From Octopus vulgaris (Eukaryota), in assembly GCA_951406725.2 (NCBI GenBank), contig OX597817.1, positions 123,814,001 through 123,878,000 of the forward strand: DNA of 64,000 nt, written 5' to 3'. The translations under genes were made by a program, and so were the position numbers. Of the stretch, positions 53,769 through 64,000 are shown one piece after another (the first letter of the stretch is position 1; every line of letters begins with the position of its first letter). The notes under the pieces were generated by a model. That model was not told the DNA's origin and searched no databases. It worked only from the letters and a program-made list of their open reading frames with translations.

Positions 53769-54786
53769 ACACTCTTTATCCAACATGGAATGAGCACTTA
53801 AAGAGAGAGGCGTAAGCAACTCCTAGATAAACTAGAGTATTATTGCAAAGACTGGAAAATGCAAGGGAATGGATAGCAAATGTGAGGTTTACATTATAGA
53901 AAATCTAAATATCATAAAACAGTAGTGAATGTTTTAAATATTAGGGACTAAGCATCCACTGCATGCATAACTGACAATTCATACTTTGAAACTTCAGGCA
54001 CAACCCTCCACTTACTTTGCCACCCTCCAGTTTTTCTCTGAATATAAATTATATGTATCATATGAACATTATGCATAAAAGACACATGCCCCCCATAAAA
54101 TTAAGATGAACTCTCTCATTACATAGACATACGTGCTTCATACATTAATGACATCACATGAAATACACAAAATCACGAATCTGCATTCCTTGAATTATAT
54201 ATAGAGTATTATATTATAATCTCTTGGACCAAGTTTGAAGTCAAAATGTGTGAAACTCCATAAATGTGTGTGTATGTGTGTGTGTATGTATATAAGAAAA
54301 TGTGTATGATATCGCATGATACATAGGCTCATGAACATACAATCTCATGAATTCAGCACCCCATGGATGATGTCTGATGTCAAAATATGCAAAAAGTATG
54401 TAAAAATCTGCAGTTACCTGCATATATGTGCAAATACAAACAAATACAAACAATTAAGTGCATATACACAAACATGAACAAAATCCATAAAGTAGATGTA
54501 TGTTTCAGTGTGTGTGTATGTGTGCACATATTTGGCATAGATGCACACGGGCATTTGTGTGTGTTTCCATATTCTAATGCAAGGGAGATAACAATTAGGA
54601 GTTCTGCACAACTTTGTTGTATTTTTATCCAAGATAGAGGTGAATATGAACGTCCCATGCATGTGGCAGGCTTGCTACTTGCTGAAAATCCCTGGCATGA
54701 AACAAACGACAGCCTTGTTAACCAACAAATGAAGAATATTTATCCCCCAATGTAGTGTTGAGCACCCATTCTCACTGTTATTGGTT

Positions 54787-54822
<36 letters not shown>

Positions 54823-55234
54823 AACATATATAATATCTTTCAGAGATAATATTATCTCTATATATAGGTCATATTGAAGTGCTGTGTGACTGAGCTATAG
54901 AAAAATAGAGAAATGCTAAAGAGAGACAATGGATTAGTTATCAAAATATATTCAGTTTTAAAATCATATGCATCAGATTATGTGCTGAAACCGGTGAAAA
55001 ATAAAAGATATAAAAATATACTCGAAATTCATTAAAATACATTGAAAATATATACATACAAATATATATATATTAAAAATGTTTATTTTGAGTATATTTT
55101 TATATATAGCAATTAAGGACAACTACTTAATAAGGAAAACTTAACAAGAAATTGTCAATATTTTAGCACATATTCTGGTGCATATGATTTCAAAACTAAA
55201 TATATATTGATAACTTATCTTTTGCCTCTCTTTA

Positions 55235-55273
<39 letters not shown>

Positions 55274-56578
55274 CAAATGCGCATGCACATATACATATAT
55301 GTATACATGCAAAGGACAAGAAGATGCTAGTACAGATTCATAAAATCCAGAATTTTGATCAGAGTGAAAAATGATATGATGCAGAACAAAAGTTGTAAGA
55401 AATGTATAGCTTGAGTGTGTAACAAATAAGTGAAATGTAGACAAACACTTATATAAGGAATTAAATCGCTTATAAATGATGTTACATCAGTTAAAATACA
55501 AACATATTTGTCAAAGAAGTATAAATCTTGATATAACTTAACAGCTGTTTCAAAATATAGCAGGTGGTTAATGCAGCAATGTGTAATATACAACTGGTGT
55601 ACAGACCAAAGCAATAATGCACATTAAAAAATGAGAGATTTTAGGAATAAAGTTATTTCATAATTCTAATTAAGCTCAATTTATATTTTTAAATGAAGGA
55701 GCAGGAATATATAGTTGTTAGCTTAGGATATAATGTTGAAGTTATTTTGATTAATATCGATGATGATTGAGGCATCTTAGTCTATGGCAGGAAGCAAACA
55801 TATTGAAAAATTGATTCAGCAGAATGTAATTTCAACATGGTGCTTATTAACGAGAAAATCCCTATGCTGCATGAATTATCTGCAGTGCAAACATCTTTAT
55901 GAAGCATTCCATTTCTGATCATAGATTGGGTAATATTATAGCAGAGGTTACTATCCCTGAGATAACAGATTTAATTTGTTAAGGAGGTGGAAGATTTGTG
56001 TGTAATTTCAGAGAATGAAGTGACATGAGCTGAATATCATTTTTTGAAGTCAGTGGAGTATCTAAAACATATAATGTATATTTTGTCAAATTTTAGAGCT
56101 TATATAAATAGTGCAATGGTAAGCAACATTTACGCATGTATGAACACACCCCACCAAATGTTTTATATATATATATATAGCCAATGATAATATTGTCTCA
56201 CAGCTGCTGATCTTTCAATCAACCCAAGGAAACTATGTTTCCCATAGTTTCTCAATTGCTGATACATCATTTCATTTGTATGTCCTGACAGAAATGTTAT
56301 TGTTTTTATCATTTATTTTTTAAAATTATTATATGTTTATTTTTGCCTATTTTTCTTTCTGGGTTGCTGTAACGGATATTGCAGTGTGCAATCTCATTCA
56401 ATGGTTTAACAATTCTGCTAGATCGCAACAAAGAGAAAGAAGAAAAAAAAGAAAAAACAACAACACAGGAATACTGACCTCAGCAGGATGTGAACTCATT
56501 GAATATATAGTTGGAAGAAATAGAGCAAAGCAGCATATTCCGCATATTAAAGACACTGCCAATTCGCATGCAATTAAT

Positions 56579-56623
<45 letters not shown>

Positions 56624-57779
56624 CAACTACAGCAACACCAACAACCACCACCACCAATAATAATAATAACAGCAATGATAATGATGACGACCACGATGGT
56701 AATGATGATGATAGTAACAACAGCAACAACAATACTAACTTTTATAACTCAATTTGATGATGTTACATTAATAAAATGATGAAATCAAGACTCATAAAAT
56801 ACATTTTGAAATATTGGTCTAACGATGAATATCTTTCACCTTTCTTCTTTTTTTCTTTTTTTCGTTTTTCAGTTTCTTTACAAATATTTTTCCATGCTTC
56901 CATAGCTGGGATGGATTTTGCTTGCTGGAACAATTTATATTTCACAGCTGAATGCATTTGCTACTGCTAACCACTCAACTTTGAAGTAGGAGTAGAACTT
57001 TTGCTTTCTTTTTTTTTTTTTTGTTATTTTTCATCAGTCAGGTAAATTGTGGCAACTGGAGTTAGGTGCCTGAAAATATTAAGTGATGAATATTAAAAAC
57101 CTCCCTTTTCATTCCATGTGTGTTATTTTTACATTAATTAAATTCTTAAACTTATTAAAAATAATAAATACAATCCAACGAGGAAACCTTTAAGCAGTTA
57201 CTTGACCTTCTAGGGACAGCAACCAAACCTATCTAAATTCACACCCTAACATCTCAAAAAAGGAAGGACATAGACATTGTTGTGCCTCATGTCTGTGTGC
57301 ATGCATGCGTGTGTGTAAAACATATAAAAGATACATTCATATATGATACATCTATACATACATAGCTATATATATTGCCCAACCTATGCTTGCATGGAGA
57401 ACAGACGTTAAATAATGATGATTACGATGTATATATATATAAATATACATATGTGTGTGTGTATCCTGTTATTTTCGTACGAGGAGAGAACAGAGCTCAC
57501 CAACAGAGGTGTGACCTCTTTTGAACAGAACAGGATTTCTAGGGCACAATGAAACTCCTGGCATTTATTCCCAGCTGAGCAACAGTAATTAACCTGCAAC
57601 AGATCCTTCCGACCATGTAAGGACTGATTGATCACAGTTGGACACTGTGTTCCATCTTCTTCTCCCGTGTGTTGTCCTTGGTCATCATCAACAACGATGA
57701 ACAAACTAAAATTATATGCATATATAAGAAATTTACTCTAATTTCCCAAGATATAAGAGTACTACAAATTCTAATAACA

Positions 57780-58660
57780 CTACATACACTTCCAGCAGCG
57801 CTAGGATTAAGAGAACGGAAAATAACCTGGTATAATCCCCCATATAATCTTCTGCTTACAAGTCATCTACCTACAATTTTCTTTTCGCCCTTACACCAAC
57901 TTTCCACGGAACTATAAATATAACCATATATATAACAAATATACCACTTAGATTTCATACTCTACAATCCCAAAACCTTGCATATACCATTGCTGGGATC
58001 AATATCATTTAACTAAAAATTATAAAAGTTATATAACCAATGCCTAATGGTCAACTTCTAAATCCCCTTGGTCCTGATCCTATCCATAGTATGCCCCTAT
58101 CACTCTTTTATCTCCTGCAAAATGGCTTTCAACTGAATCCAATTGGTTGCCCAATCTGCAATCATTCCTTAACATCACCTACAAGTGTTTCTACATCTAA
58201 CTCCGTAAAAATATCAAACACCAACATATTCAGTACTAATTACCAGACAGTCCTCCACAGCTAAAACTTGTAATTGTAAAAATATAGTTACGGAATGTCC
58301 ACTGAAAGGAAACTGTTTTACTAAGAATATTATTTACAGATGCCAAGTGATTACAGGCTCAACTACGAGAGAATACGCAGGCACTATGACCATACATTTT
58401 AAGAAATGCTTTGACACACATCTTCACTTGTTCAAAAGCGCTAATTTGGACTACTCTACTTCACTGGCTGAGTACACGTGACATTTTAAAAACGAAAATA
58501 CCTAATACTCATTACATGGAACATAGTGAAATTTTCCTCCCCTTATAAAGGAGAACAAAAGCTATGTCGATTGTGCATGTAGGAATCAACTCAAATCTTA
58601 TTGTAAGGCACACAACTTCTAAACAAGCGAAAGGAACTGATTATCATTTTGCAACAAGTT
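57780..58660 (+). pseudogene. Decayed Penelope-like element (thumb/linker plus GIY-YIG)
   Basis: RERKITWYNPPYN, ISYST, CNCKNIVTECPLKGNCFTKNIIYRCQV...EYAGT, STSLAEY, CRLCM*E, LLNKRKEL. Same subtype as 18192-19004, with stops. Confidence 0.85.
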
Positions 58661-58930
58661 TCTTAGAATATTAAGGTTCCCTTATAAACGAAATGAACAT
58701 CAGGACTAAATTAACTCAAATCATTCGAATAGGATTCTCTAGGTCAGTACACAACATTGTACTCCTACCATTAACCTACTCACTTGTAACCTTAAGTACC
58801 TGACAATTTTGTCTTTCTCTTATAGAAGTTTTTACTACTTTCCTCTTTGTTCTGATGTCCATACTCCCTCATGCATATATTTATATATTCCTATATACTT
58901 ATACATACATGCATGCACCTATATGAATCT

Positions 58931-58961
<31 letters not shown>

Positions 58962-59289
58962 TTTATATATTGAGATGGAGGGGGAAGTAAAAAGGTATGG
59001 CTTTTGTATTGGTACGGTCGGACTTGTTTGTTTAGTATTTAGTCGTCTTTTAAGATGGAGAAGGAAAAAGAATTTTTGTATTTGAATTAGCCAAGGTTTT
59101 AATTGAAAAAGCAGATGCTGTTTTTGACTTTCTTCAGTAAAAATTATAATTGCATTTCCAGGGCTTGTTCTTTTGTATTCATTAAAGAACAGTTGTTTGG
59201 ATGTGGTCAAGTTCTTTTGATTGAAATTCTAGATGTTTTTGAAAGGGTGATTTTTGAGTTCCCTATACACTCACACAGCAATTCTTTTT

Positions 59290-59510
59290 TTTTTGATACT
59301 GGTACTTATTCTTTTGATCTATTTTGCCTAACTGCTAAGTTATGGGGATGTAAATACACAAACACCGGTTGTCAAGTGGTGGTGGGGAACAAACACACAC
59401 ACACACACACATATACATATACGATGGGTTTCTTTCAGTTTCCATCTACCAAATCAAGTCACAAGGATTTGGTTGCCTTAAGGCTATAGTAGAAGACACT
59501 TGCCCAAGAT
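59290..59510 (-). mobile_element. SINE family B fragment
   Basis: ttctttcagtttccatctaccaaatc...ggctatagtagaagacacttgcccaag. Confidence 0.75.
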
Positions 59511-59589
59511 GACTTCCCCCCCACACACACACACATATTCACACACACATACGCACACAAACACTTTAATTGAAGATCTTGAAATGAAT

Positions 59590-62150
<2,561 letters not shown>

Positions 62151-62413
62151 AATAAATAATAAATAAATGCGCTCTTTTAAAGCCTAGCCAGGCTCATGGG
62201 CCCGGTTTCCCAGTTTCAATGGCATATGTGTTCCCCAGCTGGACAGGACACCAGTCCATCACAGTGTTACTCATTTTTGCCAGCTGAGTGAACTGGAGCA
62301 ACATGAAATGAAGTGTTTTGCTCAAGAACACAATGCGTTGCTCGGTCCAGGAATCGAAACCACAATTTTACGATCATGATGCTGACATCCTAACCATTAA
62401 ACCATGCGCTTCC
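62151..62413 (-). mobile_element. SINE family A, full length, with TSD
   Basis: tRNA-like head on the minus strand (tggtttaatggttagg...ggtttcgattcc), (TTTA)n tail, tgagaacca duplicated at 62142-50 and 62414-22. Confidence 0.85.
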
Positions 62414-63331
62414 ATGAGAACCAGAAACACTGTGGTGAAAAACTCTTGCACAATAATGGGCTATATGGAACCTCATACATTCAAATTACTCATCCTGTTG
62501 TTGCTATATCTCTGCCTTTCTATCCATAGTTAATATACAATTAAAATAACGAATTTTAGAAATATGTTTGTTTTTGGAGGAAATCAGATTTCTAGTATCC
62601 TCTCCAAAACACCGTAATAATTAGCATGTTATATCCTTTAATTCTCACCTGTGAAGAAGATCATTTCATACTAAATCCAACACAACAGATTCTGTTTAGT
62701 TTTGCTTGTGATTTATTCATTTTCTTAAATATTATATTATATTCATAAGACAGTTTGGAAGGTAAAGTCCAGGCAATATAAAGTCTCAAAAATTAAAATT
62801 ACAGGAGATTATTTGGAAGTGTTTATTTATATACAGTGTCACTTTTTATGTATATATTTCTATCAATAATAAAAAAAAGCAATGACAACAACAATGACGG
62901 TGATGAAGATGATGATGACGATCGTGATGATGATCATCATCATGACAATAACGACGACGATGATGATGATGATGATGATGAACATGGTGGCATTGGTGGT
63001 GGTGGTGGTGGTAACTGATTATGATGATGATGACGACGACAACGATGATAACAATTTTTGTTGGCTTGATATTCTCAGTAGTCTTTTGCAATATTAATTC
63101 TTGTATGAAAACTTCCATAAAATATGCTATATTTAAGTCACAAATTATGTTATTCTGTTTCTCTAGTAAAAGATTAAAAGTTTCAAATTACATATAATTG
63201 CAGATAATTATGATTTTGATAACATTTTATAGCAATTTTGTCACTACTAGCTTTATATTCAGCATTGTAATTACTTTAAACTTTTTCTTCTTTTCCTCTT
63301 AATCTTTTTTGAGCGAATTTTTTAACTAACT

Positions 63332-63362
63332 TTATTATTATCATTACATTATTATTATTATA

Positions 63363-63412
<50 letters not shown>

Positions 63413-63462
63413 CATCATTATTATTATTATTATTATTATTATCATTATTATCATTATTATTA

Positions 63463-63523
<61 letters not shown>

Positions 63524-63548
63524 CATCATTATCATCATCATCATCATA
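63332..63548. repeat. (ATT)n/(ATC)n microsatellite, representative of the many (TA)n, (CA)n, (GA)n, (GAT)n, (CTA)n and (TATC)n tracts in the window
   Basis: Directly visible. Confidence 0.98.
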
Positions 63549-64000
63549 ATTCCAAGTTCAATTTGTCAAGTTTTATTCTATTTATACTTGTTAGTAAGAT
63601 AAGCATTTCCTTGAAACTTGTGTTTTTGTTTATATAATTCGTTTTTTTTTTTTTGTTTTGTTTTTCTAATATGCAATTTTTCCTTTATTTTGTTGATTTA
63701 TTTATTTATTTATGTGTGTGATGTATTTTTGTTTCATTTTGTTTGTTTGTTTGTTTGTTTTTCTTCTTTCTTTTTTAATAAAGAAACTTAGTATCTCCCA
63801 ATCTCGTTTCAAGGAATATTGATTTACAAATTAATATCATAAGTGACCTTTTATAGCACAAAATAGCTTTTATTCTAATTTCTGGTGCTCATTTTATTCT
63901 CTACAACATTTCAATGGATGAGGCTAGTCAGAATAAATCAGCATCATTATGTTTCTTTTTTTTCTTCTGTTTTTCTTTTTTTTTTCTTCCTTTTTTTCCT

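Overview
AT-rich, microsatellite-laden eukaryotic DNA. The SINE and repeat families look like those of coleoid cephalopods, probably Octopus (inference from recognised repeats). I find no convincing host protein-coding exon, so this is intergenic DNA or a large intron, and almost all ORF-track entries are microsatellite or antisense artefacts. The window is a stack of transposable elements: tRNA-derived SINEs, a full-length but decayed mariner, a maT/DD37D fragment, MITEs, a non-autonomous Helitron, a decayed Helitron helicase, LINE RT remnants and three Penelope-like retroelements (PLEs). Main results: (1) nine minimal type-I hammerhead ribozyme (HHR) motifs from about seven sequence families, seven of them within 20.4-27.2 kb, including a retrozyme-like tandem pair 425 nt apart; (2) a decayed PLE with an apparent Ulp1/SENP-like (C48) cysteine protease N-terminal to RT and GIY-YIG, a 3' HHR relic and (TTA)n on both sides; (3) an RT-less PLE copy with an intact 270-aa GIY-YIG ORF and an intact HHR; (4) several long fold-back inverted repeats that would form dsRNA if transcribed.
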